From Candidatus Poriferisocius sp. (GTDB lineage Bacteria > Actinomycetota > Acidimicrobiia > Acidimicrobiales > Bin134), in assembly GCF_965214065.1 (NCBI RefSeq), contig NZ_CBDCAT010000024.1, positions 5,345 through 69,344 of the forward strand: DNA of 64,000 nt, written 5' to 3'. Within the stretch, counting starts at the first letter, position 1; each line of letters opens with the position of its first letter. Both the position numbers and the translations under genes were made by a program. This document shows, one piece after another, positions 1 through 9,690 of this stretch. Below the pieces are notes generated by a model. It saw nothing but the letters and a program-made list of their open reading frames with translations. It searched no databases and was not told the origin of the DNA.

Positions 1-528
1 GATGAGGTGTACGTCGAGATGGGGTCGGTGGACATCTTGGTGAACAGCGCGGCGATCAACATCCAGGGCAGCATCTTCGACTTCGACCCCGAAGACTGGG
101 ACAACGTCATCGCCGTGGATCTCACCGCCTGCTGGTGGCTGATCTGGCGGTCTATCGGAGCCATGCGGGAACGCCAGTGGGGGCGCATTGTGAACGTGTC
201 CTCGGTGGCGGCCTATTTGGGGGGCAACGGCCGGGAGGGGCCGTACGCCGCGGCCAAGGCCGGCCTCAACGAGATCACCCGAGGATCCGCCATCGAGGGC
301 GGACCGCACAACATCAGGGTGAATGCGGTGGCCCCCGGCCTGGTGCGATCGAAGTGGGTGGACGCCCAGGCCGAGTACTACGAGTCGTTCCGGGCAGAGA
401 CCCCGCTGCGCCGACATGCCGAGCCTGAGGACGTGGCCAACACCATCGCCTTTCTGTGCAGTGACGAGTCGGCCCACGTCACCGGCCAAGTGATCAACAT
501 CTCCGGCGGGTGGTACCTCACCCCGTGA
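1..528 (+). CDS. SDR-family oxidoreductase, 5' end outside window
   Basis: Frame is open from nt 1. C-terminal half of a classical SDR: catalytic YAAAKAG (YxxxK) and IRVNAVAPG motifs. Confidence 0.85.
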   Translation, partial: DEVYVEMGSVDILVNSAAINIQGSIFDFDPEDWDNVIAVDLTACWWLIWRSIGAMRERQWGRIVNVSSVAAYLGGNGREGPYAAAKAGLNEITRGSAIEGGPHNIRVNAVAPGLVRSKWVDAQAEYYESFRAETPLRRHAEPEDVANTIAFLCSDESAHVTGQVINISGGWYLTP

Positions 529-544
529 CCCTGGCTCTCCGGCG

Positions 545-1324
545 ATGAGCGGGATCGGAGGCCGGATTCGGGCCGCAGGCCCAGCCCCGGGGGAGGTGGA
601 CCGCAACGCGGTCGTTCTGATCCTGCTGGCCATCGGCACGGTCATCGCCATTCGCTACGGCGGCCTGTCATCCACCACCGACTGGCTTACCGTCACCCTC
701 GACGGCGTGGCTCTCGACGGGCTGTCCGACCGCTTCGAGCGAGCCTTGGGCGAATCCGAACACGCCGGTTTCAACCGCCGCATGTACTGGGGCCTGTTCC
801 GCTGGGTGGTCTACGTGGTGCCCGCCGTTCTGGTGGCCCGCTTCGTGCTGCGCACTCGCCTCCGCGACCTCGGTCTCAAGGCCGGCCCTGAACTCCGCCG
901 CCACGCGCCCCTCTATTTGGGTCTCTATCTGGTGCTGCTGCCGTTCGTGGTGGCGGCCAGCTTCAACGGCGAATTCCAGGACACCTACCCGTTCTACGAG
1001 CCACCCCCCGGAATCGGCTACTGGCCCCGCTTCTACATCTGGCAAGCGGTGTACGCCGGGCAGTTCCTGGCCCTGGAGTTCTTCTTCCGCGGCGTGCTGG
1101 TTCACGGCCTCGCCCGCCGCTTCGGCGTCATGGCCGTGTTCATCGCCCTTATCCCCTACGTGATGATCCACTTGACTAAACCCCTGGCCGAAGCCCTCGG
1201 CTCCATCGTTGCTGGCACCGTCTTGGGCTTCCTCAGCCTCCGCACCGGCTCCGTCTATCTTGGCGCCGCCCTCCACTTCGCCGTCGCGTTGACGATCGAC
1301 TTGCTCGTCTTGGGCATCCAGTAG
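545..1324 (+). CDS. CPBP-family intramembrane protease (CAAX/Abi-like)
   Basis: Multi-TM protein with LALEFFFRGVL (ExxxR-type motif 1) and a late ALHFAVAL histidine motif. Confidence 0.7.
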   Translation: MSGIGGRIRAAGPAPGEVDRNAVVLILLAIGTVIAIRYGGLSSTTDWLTVTLDGVALDGLSDRFERALGESEHAGFNRRMYWGLFRWVVYVVPAVLVARFVLRTRLRDLGLKAGPELRRHAPLYLGLYLVLLPFVVAASFNGEFQDTYPFYEPPPGIGYWPRFYIWQAVYAGQFLALEFFFRGVLVHGLARRFGVMAVFIALIPYVMIHLTKPLAEALGSIVAGTVLGFLSLRTGSVYLGAALHFAVALTIDLLVLGIQ

Positions 1325-1371
1325 CCGCTGGGCTGCCCGTCACCTCACCACCAAAACCTAAGCTGAACCCC

Positions 1372-2565
1372 ATGGCCACCCTCGGCTACCGCACGTTCGA
1401 CTCCGACAACCACTATTACGAGGCACCCGACTGCTTCAGCCGCCACATCGAGTCCCGTTGCCAGGACAAGGCCATTACCGCTAGCCAAAGGGCCGACGGG
1501 GAGTGGGAAGTGAAGGTGGGGGACCGGCCCTACAACTTCATGCACGTGAAGTTCGACAAGACCAATGCGCCCGGCTCCATGTACGAGATGTTCAAGGCCA
1601 AGCGGGACAACCCCGACCTGAGCTGGGGCGACGCCTACACCGCAGAGAACATGCTTCCGGCTTACAAGCAGCCCGACGCCCGCCTCGACCTGCTCGATTC
1701 GCAGGGCGTGGAGTGGGCGATCTTGCTCCCCACCTTCGGGGTTTCGGTGGAGGAGTACATGGTGGACGACGTCGAGCAGACCTACGCCAACCTGCGGGCC
1801 TTCAACCGGTGGCTGGAAGACGACTGGGGATACGTCCACCAAGATCGCCTGTTCACCCCGCCGCTTTTGTCGCTGCTCGACCGGGAGCATGCCGTTGACG
1901 AGCTCGACCGGGTGCTCGAAGCCGGGGCCCGCATCGTACACCTGCGGCCGTGTCCGTGGGGCGGCGAGGGCCGCTCGATCGCCGACCCCTACTACGACCC
2001 GTTCTGGGCCCGCCTCAACGAGGCGCAGGTCCCGGTGGCGTTCCACATCTCCGATCTGCGCTACGGCGACCTGGCCGTGCGCATGGGCGACGACCCGGTA
2101 GCCAACGTGAGGGAGATGTCGGCCTTCCAGTGGGCCTTCCTCCACGGCGACCGCCCCATCATGGAGACGTTCGGGGCGCTTCTGTACGGCAACATGCACG
2201 CTCGCTTCCCCAACCTCAACTTCTTGAGCATCGAGAACGGCTCCGATTGGGTCCACTACCTGCTCACCTTGATGGACAAGAAGAAGGGCATGGCCCGCTT
2301 CGGCCCCTGGCCCGCCGGCCGCCCCGCCGGGCGCATCAGCGAGATCTTCAAGCAGTGCTGCTTCGTGTCCCCCTACCCCGAAGACGATGTAGAGGCCCTG
2401 GCTGACCGCATTGGCTCGACCCAGGTCTTGTTCGGCTCCGACCACCCCCACCCTGAAGGCATCGCCGACCCCAACAGCTTCATCAACCTCATCGCCAACC
2501 GCCCCGCCGAAGAGCAGCGCCAAATCATGCGCGAAAACGCCGCCACCCTGTTCAAAGTCGCCTAA
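1372..2565 (+). CDS. Amidohydrolase-family (amidohydrolase_2-like) metal-dependent hydrolase
   Basis: 397 aa. Has the C-terminal LFGSDHPHPEG signature. Non-biased composition, unlike the antisense shadow ORF 1345..2523. Confidence 0.8.
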   Translation: MATLGYRTFDSDNHYYEAPDCFSRHIESRCQDKAITASQRADGEWEVKVGDRPYNFMHVKFDKTNAPGSMYEMFKAKRDNPDLSWGDAYTAENMLPAYKQPDARLDLLDSQGVEWAILLPTFGVSVEEYMVDDVEQTYANLRAFNRWLEDDWGYVHQDRLFTPPLLSLLDREHAVDELDRVLEAGARIVHLRPCPWGGEGRSIADPYYDPFWARLNEAQVPVAFHISDLRYGDLAVRMGDDPVANVREMSAFQWAFLHGDRPIMETFGALLYGNMHARFPNLNFLSIENGSDWVHYLLTLMDKKKGMARFGPWPAGRPAGRISEIFKQCCFVSPYPEDDVEALADRIGSTQVLFGSDHPHPEGIADPNSFINLIANRPAEEQRQIMRENAATLFKVA

Positions 2566-2626
2566 CCCAAGCTCCGCTTAACTCTGCACAAATTGAAAGT
2601 AGTACTTGCAGAATGTCGCGCCTGTT

Positions 2627-3460
2627 TTACCTCGCGGGGATGAAGCCGCCGTCGACGATTATGCATTGGCCGGTGATGTAGCTGCCAGCGTCGGAAGCCA
2701 ACAACAGGGCGGCGCCGACTAACTCGTCGGGGTGGCCGATGCGGCCGATTTGGCTGAGGTCGGACATGCGGGCCATGGCCTCGGGGCCGGTGTTGCGGGT
2801 CATGGTGGTGTCTACGGTGCCGGGGGCTATGGCGTTCACCCGGATGCCTTGGGGCGAGTACACGCCGGCCATAGAGCGGGTGAACGACAACAGGCCAGCC
2901 TTGGCTGCGCCGTACATGGAGGTGTCGGCCGCCGGGATGTAGGCCCCCACGGAGATCACGTTGATGACCGAGGCATGGTCGGAATCCAACAGCGCGGGCA
3001 GGCAGCGCTGGAACAAGAAGAACGGCCCTCGCAGGTTCACGGTGAACGACTTTTCCCATGCTTCGGGGGTGATGTGCTCCATGGGCAGGCCCAGCGGGTT
3101 GGCCGCGTTGTTCACCACGATGTCGATCTGGCCGTAGTGCCCCAGGGTGGTGTCTACCAGCTGGTTAACGCTGTCGAGATCGCCCATGTGGACCGGCACG
3201 GCCAAGGCCTCCCCGCCGGCTTCGGCGATCTCGGCCACGGCTAGACTGCAGGCGTCGGCCTTGCGGCTGGCCACCACCACCTTGGCCCCCTGGGCAGCGA
3301 AGCCGTGGGCGATGGACAGGCCGATGCCCCGGCTGCCCCCGGTGACGATGGCCACCCGGCCCGACAGGTCGAACATCTGGGCGGCGTCCAGTGACGCGGC
3401 ATCAGGTCGGGGAGAAAAACTTGGATCGGTGGCGGGGTCGGAAGCGGGGGAGTCGGCCAT
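2627..3460 (-). CDS. SDR-family oxidoreductase
   Basis: VAIVTGGSRGIG (TGxxxGxG) NAD(P)-binding motif, YGAAKAG catalytic motif, IRVNAIAPG. Confidence 0.85.
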   Translation of the reverse strand: MADSPASDPATDPSFSPRPDAASLDAAQMFDLSGRVAIVTGGSRGIGLSIAHGFAAQGAKVVVASRKADACSLAVAEIAEAGGEALAVPVHMGDLDSVNQLVDTTLGHYGQIDIVVNNAANPLGLPMEHITPEAWEKSFTVNLRGPFFLFQRCLPALLDSDHASVINVISVGAYIPAADTSMYGAAKAGLLSFTRSMAGVYSPQGIRVNAIAPGTVDTTMTRNTGPEAMARMSDLSQIGRIGHPDELVGAALLLASDAGSYITGQCIIVDGGFIPAR

Positions 3461-3491
3461 GGCCGCACCCTAGAGCCAGTACAAGACCGAC

Positions 3492-4391
3492 CTAGAAGTG
3501 GTAAGGGAACTGGGAGAAATCGGCGTCGCGCTTTTCTAGGAACGAGTCCCGCCCCTCGGCAGCCTCGTCGGTGCCGTAGGCCAGGCGGGTGGCCTCGCCG
3601 GCGAACACCTGCTGGCCCACTAGGCCGTCGTCGATCAGGTTGAAGGCGAATTTCAGCATTCGCTGGGCGGTGGGGCTCTTGGCGTTCACCGCTGCGGACC
3701 ACTCCAGCGCGGTCTGCTCCAGCTCGGCGTGGGGCACCACCGCGTTGACCATGCCCATCTCATAGGCCTCGGCCGCGGTGTAGGCCCTGCCGACGAAGAA
3801 CACCTCCCGGGCCCGCTTCTGGCCCACTTGGCGGGCTAGGTAGGCCGATCCGAAACCGCCGTCGAAGCTGGCCACATCGGCGTCGGTCTGTTTGAACATG
3901 GCGTACTCGGCTGACGCCAGGGTCATGTCGGACACGACATGCAAGCTGTGGCCGCCGCCTGCTGCCCACCCTGGTACCACCGCTATCACCACCTTGGGCA
4001 TGAAGCGGATGAGCCGCTGCACCTCCAGGATGTGCAGCCGCCCGGTGCGGGCACCGTCAACCGTGTCGGACGTCTCCCCGCTGGCGTATTGGTAGCCGTC
4101 GGCTCCCCGGATTCGCTGGTCGCCCCCCGAGCTGAACGCCCAGCCGCCGTCGGTCGGCGAGGGACCATTTCCGGTGAGCAGCACGGTTCCCACATCTGGG
4201 CTCATGCGGGCGTGGTCCAGAGTGCGATACAGCTCGTCAACCGTGTGGGGCCGAAAGGCGTTTCGCACCTCCGGCCGGTCGAAGGCTATTCGCACGGTGG
4301 CCTGGTTCACGGCTCGGTGATAGGTCACGTCGGAGAGGTCGAACCCCTCCACCGGATTCCACAGCCCGGCGTCGAACAGCTCCGATACCAT
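3492..4391 (-). CDS. menB: 1,4-dihydroxy-2-naphthoyl-CoA synthase
   Basis: 299 aa crotonase fold with MenB-typical FRPHTV, AFSSGGDQRIRG and a C-terminal FLEKRDADFSQFPYHF tail. Confidence 0.9.
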   Translation of the reverse strand: MVSELFDAGLWNPVEGFDLSDVTYHRAVNQATVRIAFDRPEVRNAFRPHTVDELYRTLDHARMSPDVGTVLLTGNGPSPTDGGWAFSSGGDQRIRGADGYQYASGETSDTVDGARTGRLHILEVQRLIRFMPKVVIAVVPGWAAGGGHSLHVVSDMTLASAEYAMFKQTDADVASFDGGFGSAYLARQVGQKRAREVFFVGRAYTAAEAYEMGMVNAVVPHAELEQTALEWSAAVNAKSPTAQRMLKFAFNLIDDGLVGQQVFAGEATRLAYGTDEAAEGRDSFLEKRDADFSQFPYHF

Positions 4392-4400
4392 GAGACAAGC

Positions 4401-5504
4401 CTACGGGCGAGGCGGCTGGCGAAGGTACTCGAATCCGCCAGGCGAGTCGTCTCGCCAGTCCTGGTAGGTGTCTTTGGCCTTGTCGGTTGCCTTTTTCCGG
4501 ACGGTCTTGGACAGCTTCCTTTTGGCCTTGTCCGCCGACTGGGTGATTGTGTAGTACTGCATCTCCTTGAATGCCCGGCGGCGGCCCATCTCCACCAGCG
4601 CCCGAGCCGCGCTCAGCGTTTTGCCCGTCCCCAGCGGCATGGCCACCCTCCCGGCGAACACCAGAGCCGAGCGCCAGTCGCCCTGGCTCAGCGCGTACAG
4701 CGCTCGGGTGGTGTCCACGATCTCGCCCACCACCGGCAGTACCCCGGCCGCCTCCATGGCCCAGAACCCCACGTCGTCCCAGCCGAACCCGTCCTTGCGG
4801 TGGTAGGCGCCGTGGGCGATGACCGCAGCGGCCGCCTCCCGCACCTCCGGCGGCAGGCTCGCGTCGGCGGCGATAGCCTCGAAGTCGGCCTTGGACAAGA
4901 ACCGGTCGGCCTTTGACGGGTCGCCTTCGGCGGCGGTGTCGATGGCGGCCAGATAGGGCAACAAGGTGGTGTAGGCCGAAATCTTGGCCTCGAAGGCATC
5001 GAGATCGTCGAGGCTGATGCGCCCGTCGCCTCCGCTGGCATGGAAGCCCTCGTCGGGGTTGGCCAGGTAGTCGCGGTTGTTGCTGGCGGTGTCCACCATG
5101 GTGAACAGGGCGGGGTTGGTGAGCATAATCCGGGAGGCCTCCCCCAGCTCGTCGGTGCGGGTGACGAAGCCCTCCAAGTCGCCACGCGACACGATGTGGT
5201 CGCCGCCCCACGCCTCGGGAGCCTCCCGCAGAATCTCGATGGCCCACAGCGCCAGGTTCAGCCCCTCGGGACCGAGCAGGATCATCTGGGCTCGTTGGGA
5301 GATGTCGCCAGAGTCGATCCGAAGCTGCTGGGCGATCCCGCCCAGCGACAGCTCCACAGGGTACTGCTCGCCGCCTAGCCAGTACTCGACCTCGGCTACC
5401 ACCGCGGCCCAACGCTGGCGCCGCAGGTCGATCTCGTCGGCGGCTGCCAGATAGTCAACGGCCAGATCAAAGGCCGCCTCGGCATCCATCCCCACAGTGG
5501 GCAT
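4401..5504 (-). CDS. Hypothetical protein (EF-hand-like loop; TG-rich pre-toxin-like segment; short basic C-terminus)
   Basis: Start moved to ATG 5504 (MPTVGMDAE...), because the upstream part of ORF 4401..5732 is W/R/P-rich noise. Contains GGDGRISLDDLDAF and GDWRSALVFAGRVAMPLGTGKT. Confidence 0.5.
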   Translation of the reverse strand: MPTVGMDAEAAFDLAVDYLAAADEIDLRRQRWAAVVAEVEYWLGGEQYPVELSLGGIAQQLRIDSGDISQRAQMILLGPEGLNLALWAIEILREAPEAWGGDHIVSRGDLEGFVTRTDELGEASRIMLTNPALFTMVDTASNNRDYLANPDEGFHASGGDGRISLDDLDAFEAKISAYTTLLPYLAAIDTAAEGDPSKADRFLSKADFEAIAADASLPPEVREAAAAVIAHGAYHRKDGFGWDDVGFWAMEAAGVLPVVGEIVDTTRALYALSQGDWRSALVFAGRVAMPLGTGKTLSAARALVEMGRRRAFKEMQYYTITQSADKAKRKLSKTVRKKATDKAKDTYQDWRDDSPGGFEYLRQPPRP

Positions 5505-5550
5505 ACATGGAATATAGGGAAAATATTTGAAACAAGCTACAGATAAATGG

Positions 5551-6897
5551 TCAGGCGACCTTGCCGGGGCCAGACCCGCCGTTTCTGGTGAAGGGCCGCG
5601 GCGGGCGGCGAAGCAGATTAACTGCCATAGCCGACGCCCGCATGGGCCACGGTGCCCACTCGCCCTGCTCGTCAACCGGCACGCCTTCTCGGGCCACAAT
5701 CCGCCACCCGGTATAGGCCACCACCACCGCATGGGCGCCCACCAGCACCAGGAAGAATGTCCAGGGAGCGGTCAGCGCCATGACCACACCACCGATCACC
5801 GGTCCGAGAATCGAGCCGACTCCGGCGGTTCGCACCAGCGCGGCGCTGGCGCCGTTGAGCTGTGATGTCGGCACCCGGTCGCCGGCAAAGGCAAGGGCCA
5901 GCGAGTATAGGGGGAAGGTGGCGCCTCCGAAGCAGAACATGAGCACCAGCGACAGAGCCGACCCTGGTTCAACCAAGGGCATAATCCCGGCAATGGATGC
6001 GGCCGCGGCGGCAACCACGAAGATCACTGCGCGGCGCGACACCCGATCAGACAACGACCCCAGCGGCCACTGGAAGGCCATGGCCCCGGCAGTGGCCGAC
6101 ACCAGGAACAGGGCGATCCGAGACGTTGGCAGTCCCTCGTTGGCGGCGTAGACCGCGCCCAACCCGAGCAGTGTTCCGTGGCTGATGCCAGCACACAGGG
6201 CGGTGAGCACGCCGAGGGGCGCCAAGGAGATGAGCTGGCGCATCGACAGCGGCTCGGGCACGGTGAGGGGGGGAGCGCTGGTGGCCGACAACGTGATGGG
6301 AACCAGCGCGGCGGAGATGAGCACCGAGGAGATCACGAACAGCTCGAAGCCCTCGGGGTCGGCGCCGTTCAGCAGCAACTGGCCGAGGGTGAGCCCGCCC
6401 ATCGACGAAACCATGTACATCGAGAGCAGTCGCCCCCGGGTGGAGTTGGTGGCCATGTCGTTGAGCCACGACTCCACCACCACCAAGACACCGGCTATGC
6501 ACACGCCGAATACCAACCGCAAAAGGGCCCAGGCGGTGGGGTTGATCCACAAGAGGTGGAGGATGGACACCGCGGAGGCCGTCGAGGCCAGCGCCGCGAA
6601 CACCCGGATGTGGCCCACCGCGGCCAGAAAATGCTCGGCCAGGCGGGTCCCGACCAAGAATCCGAAGAAGAAGCTGGCCATGACGATGCCGCTCACGGCC
6701 AGGCCGAATCCCTCCGATTCGGTTCGCACACCGAGCAGCACTCCCTGGAGGCCGCCGCCCACCTGTATGAACAGCATTCCGAACAGCAAGGCTCGGGCCG
6801 CACCCAGGCCGCGCCCTTGCGGCCCAGCCTCGATCAAGGGACCGCCCACGACTCCACCGTCGTCATCTTCTAGCCACCCGACGGCGTTCTCGGCCAC
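5551..6897 (-). CDS. MFS transporter
   Basis: 448 aa, about 12 hydrophobic segments, MFS loop motif GSLSDRVSRR. Confidence 0.85.
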   Translation of the reverse strand: MAENAVGWLEDDDGGVVGGPLIEAGPQGRGLGAARALLFGMLFIQVGGGLQGVLLGVRTESEGFGLAVSGIVMASFFFGFLVGTRLAEHFLAAVGHIRVFAALASTASAVSILHLLWINPTAWALLRLVFGVCIAGVLVVVESWLNDMATNSTRGRLLSMYMVSSMGGLTLGQLLLNGADPEGFELFVISSVLISAALVPITLSATSAPPLTVPEPLSMRQLISLAPLGVLTALCAGISHGTLLGLGAVYAANEGLPTSRIALFLVSATAGAMAFQWPLGSLSDRVSRRAVIFVVAAAAASIAGIMPLVEPGSALSLVLMFCFGGATFPLYSLALAFAGDRVPTSQLNGASAALVRTAGVGSILGPVIGGVVMALTAPWTFFLVLVGAHAVVVAYTGWRIVAREGVPVDEQGEWAPWPMRASAMAVNLLRRPPRPFTRNGGSGPGKVA

Positions 6898-7125
6898 TGC
6901 CGATCAGCCTATCGGTGTGCTTGCGATTTCCAACCGGAAAACGCGGTGGGATTCAGCCATCTCGAGTCGGGCGACGGCCACCCCCTGCCTCACGATCCCG
7001 AGGACACCACTAGAGCCTTCACACCGGCCTCATGCACCAAAGTGAGGGTGCCAACGCCTTTGCCGCCTACGTCCCCAACGCTGTCATCGCCGTCCGGGGC
7101 ACCTCGGACTTGGGGTAGTAAGGCG

Positions 7126-7941
7126 TCAGTCCTCGAAGACTGGTGGGCGGTTCTCGGAACGGGCCAGCACCGCCTCCTCGAAGTTGCGGGTGGTCATTCG
7201 CACTAGCAGTTGGGCATTCATCTCCGAGCGGATGTGGGCCGCGTAACTGGATGCCTCCAAACCGGCCCAGAGCATCCGCTTGGTGAGCTCGGTGCCGGGT
7301 CTGCTGAAGGCGGCAATGCGGGTGCCGATCTCGTAGCAGCGCTCTAGCAGGTCGGCAGGCGGCACCGTCTCGCTAACGAGGCCGATGCGGGACGCTTCGT
7401 CGGCATCTACGTCTCGTCCGGTGAGCATGATCTCGAAGGCACGCGACGACCCGATCGCCCGGGGCAGAGTGAAGCTGAGACCCAGTTCGGCCGCAGTGAG
7501 GCCGTTATTGATGCCGGCAGCCCGGAAGTAGGCCTTGGTTGACGCTATGCGTATGTCACAGGCCAAAGCGAGACACATCCCCCCGCCTATGGCCGCGCCG
7601 TTGATGGCCGCGATCACTGGCTGGTGCAGGTCGCCGATCAGCTCGATGACCTCGTGGAGACGGTCGGCGGCCCGGTGGGCGATCGTCGAAACAGTGAGGC
7701 CTTCGATGTAGGGGACCCGGCCCGAGCTGACCAAGTCGGCACCGGAGCAAAAGCCGTGACCGGCGCCGGTGACCACCACCGCTCTAACGTTGTTGTCGTT
7801 GTTGACCTCCCGCAGGGCATCGGCGAGGGGCAGCATCACGTCGAAGGCCATGGCGTTCATGCGCTCGGGCCGGTTCAGCGTGACCAGCGCGATTTCGGGC
7901 CGAGGGTGGTCGATCAGTACGAATTCGTCTGCGGAGGTCAC
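7126..7941 (-). CDS. Enoyl-CoA hydratase/isomerase family protein
   Basis: 271 aa crotonase fold: VVVTGAGHGFCSGADL oxyanion motif and AAINGAAIGGG. Confidence 0.85.
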   Translation of the reverse strand: MTSADEFVLIDHPRPEIALVTLNRPERMNAMAFDVMLPLADALREVNNDNNVRAVVVTGAGHGFCSGADLVSSGRVPYIEGLTVSTIAHRAADRLHEVIELIGDLHQPVIAAINGAAIGGGMCLALACDIRIASTKAYFRAAGINNGLTAAELGLSFTLPRAIGSSRAFEIMLTGRDVDADEASRIGLVSETVPPADLLERCYEIGTRIAAFSRPGTELTKRMLWAGLEASSYAAHIRSEMNAQLLVRMTTRNFEEAVLARSENRPPVFED

Positions 7942-8290
7942 AGCAGGCGACGGTATCAGCCGCTGGCTCCGGGCGGAATCTCAGCCCCCATACCCAAGAC
8001 AAACAGCCGCGCCCAAGGTGGCTGCCGCCGGCATCGTCTGGCCCCGCGGGAGCGAGGAGGCAGAAGACGGCAACGGCGAACGGTGGTATCTGCCGCTTCG
8101 GCGCGCCAACACTACAGTCAAGCCGGGCAAAACCAAGAAAAGCGGCGGCAAAGGCCCCGCCCGCATCTACGGCACGTTTGCGCCAATCGACTGGCCAATC
8201 ACCCCTGAGGCCCTAAACCGAACCCCACACCCCCAAAACCAGCCGCCGCCTTGCTACCGTTCCAATACGCGCCACACAACGCGCCAGCCC

Positions 8291-8365
8291 GCCCACGTAG
8301 CTCAGTCAGGACAGAGCAGGGACCTCCTAAGTCCAAGGTCGCAGGTTCGAATCCTGCCGTGGGCG
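8291..8365 (+). tRNA. tRNA-Arg (anticodon CCT)
   Basis: Hand-folded cloverleaf. Acceptor GCCCACG/CGTGGGC, D stem GCTC/GAGC, anticodon loop CTCCTAA, T arm GCAGG-TTCGAAT-CCTGC. No encoded CCA. Confidence 0.9.
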
Positions 8366-8368
8366 CTT
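8346..8368 (+). repeat. attL core (tRNA 3' end) of GI-1
   Basis: Identical 23-mer recurs at 21480-21502. Confidence 0.85.
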
Positions 8369-8492
8369 CCGGGTGTTCTCAGCAGTTGCTCGATGGTCCC
8401 AGTTGATCTCTGTTGTCCCAGCTTAGCGACCGTTTCTGTCAGTTCAGGGTGGTAGGCTGTTCTCAGCAATTGCCGGGCTATCCCCCAGAAAG

Positions 8493-8512
8493 TGGGGGAT
8501 GGATTGGGGGAT
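8493..8512 (+). promoter_or_regulatory. Direct TGGGGGAT repeats (12-bp phase), candidate integrase arm-type sites
   Basis: TGGGGGAT at 8493 and 8505, immediately 5' of the integrase ATG. The same motif pair occurs at 21408/21420 and 44652/44664. A diverged triplet TGTGGGAC/TGTGGGAC/TGGAGGAC lies at 27418/27430/27442. Confidence 0.5.
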
Positions 8513-8516
8513 GGGA

Positions 8517-9669
8517 ATGTCGCTTTTGACCGCTGTAGAAGTCAAGAACGCCGGTGTGGGAAAGCGCCATGACGGGCGCGGATTATTTCTGCGGGTGTAC
8601 AAATCGGGGTCGAGGTGCTGGGTTCTGCGCCTGACCGTGGACGGGCGCCGCCGAGAGATCGGCTTGGGCGGCTGGCCCGCGGTGGGCCTGGCCGATGCCC
8701 GCCGCAAAGCGCACGAGCACCGCGTGGCCGCCGCCGACGGGCGCGATCCGCTCGCCGACAGGCGCCGCTGCGACGTGCCGGTGTTCAGAGAGGCGGCGAG
8801 GATCGTGTGGGAGGCGAACAGGGCCCGGTGGCGCAACGAGCGGACCGCGACTTTGTGGTGGGCGTCGCTGGAGAACCACGCCTTTGCGGCCATCGGCGAC
8901 ATGGCCGTGGACCGCATCACCCAGTCCGACGTTTTGGGGTGTGTGGAGCCGATCTGGACGACGCGCACTGAGACGGCCCGCAAGGTCCGCCAGAGGATCC
9001 GCACCGTGTTGCGCTGGTGCCAGGCCCACGGCTATGTAACAGTGAACGTGGCCGGCGAGGTCATCGACGGCGCACTGCCGCCCATGCCGCGCGTAAAGGC
9101 CCACTTCCGCTCCCTGCCCTATGTCGAGGTCGCCGACGCGCTCGGCGTGGTGGACCGCACCGGAGCATCGGCGTCGGCCAAGCTGTGCCTGCGCTTCGCC
9201 GTGTTGACCGCGGCCCGCTCTGGGGAGGCCCGCAACGCCTCATGGTCAGAGATCGACTTTGCCGCCAGCGAGTGGCGCATCCCCGCCGACAAGATGAAAG
9301 CCGCAACCGAGCACCGGGTGCCCCTCAGCGACGCCGCCCTCGACCTGCTCGACCGCGCCAAAGACAACCACGACGGCTCCGATCTGGTGTTCCCCTCCCC
9401 CCCTCAGAGCCGGCCGCCCACTGTCGAACATGACGCTCACGAAAATCCTTCGCGACGCCGGCCTCGCCGACCGTGCCACCGTCCACGGATTCAGAGCCAG
9501 CTTCCGCACCTGGGCACTGGAGCAAACCGACACCCCCTGGGCAGTCGCAGAAGCCGCACTGGCCCACGCCCTCGGCGACTCAACCCAACAGGCCTACATC
9601 CGAGGCGACGCCTACACCAAACGCCGCCAGCTCATGGACCAATGGGCCCAATACCTGCAACAGCCATAG
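8517..9669 (+). pseudogene. P4-type tyrosine integrase (DUF4102 arm-binding N-terminus), frameshifted
   Basis: Collinear with the intact paralog at 27453..28610. The frame breaks at a C7 run (9397-9403); with C6 it would read FPSPLRAGRPLSNMTLTKIL like the paralog. The C-terminal catalytic part (HGFRASFRTW, QQAYIRGD) lies in frame +1 (9430..9669). Confidence 0.85.
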
Positions 9670-9690
9670 AAGGGCCCCGGCGGGCTGACC

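Noticed and set aside
8499-8516. Track start codons for the two integrases (8499 and 27417), giving MDWGMGM... and MWDRLWDGLEDR... leaders.
   Set aside because: These leaders are translations of the phased direct repeats. The conserved protein alignment between the paralogs begins at MSLLTAVEVK (8517) and MGHLTAAKVK (27453), and the latter has a GGAGGA RBS.
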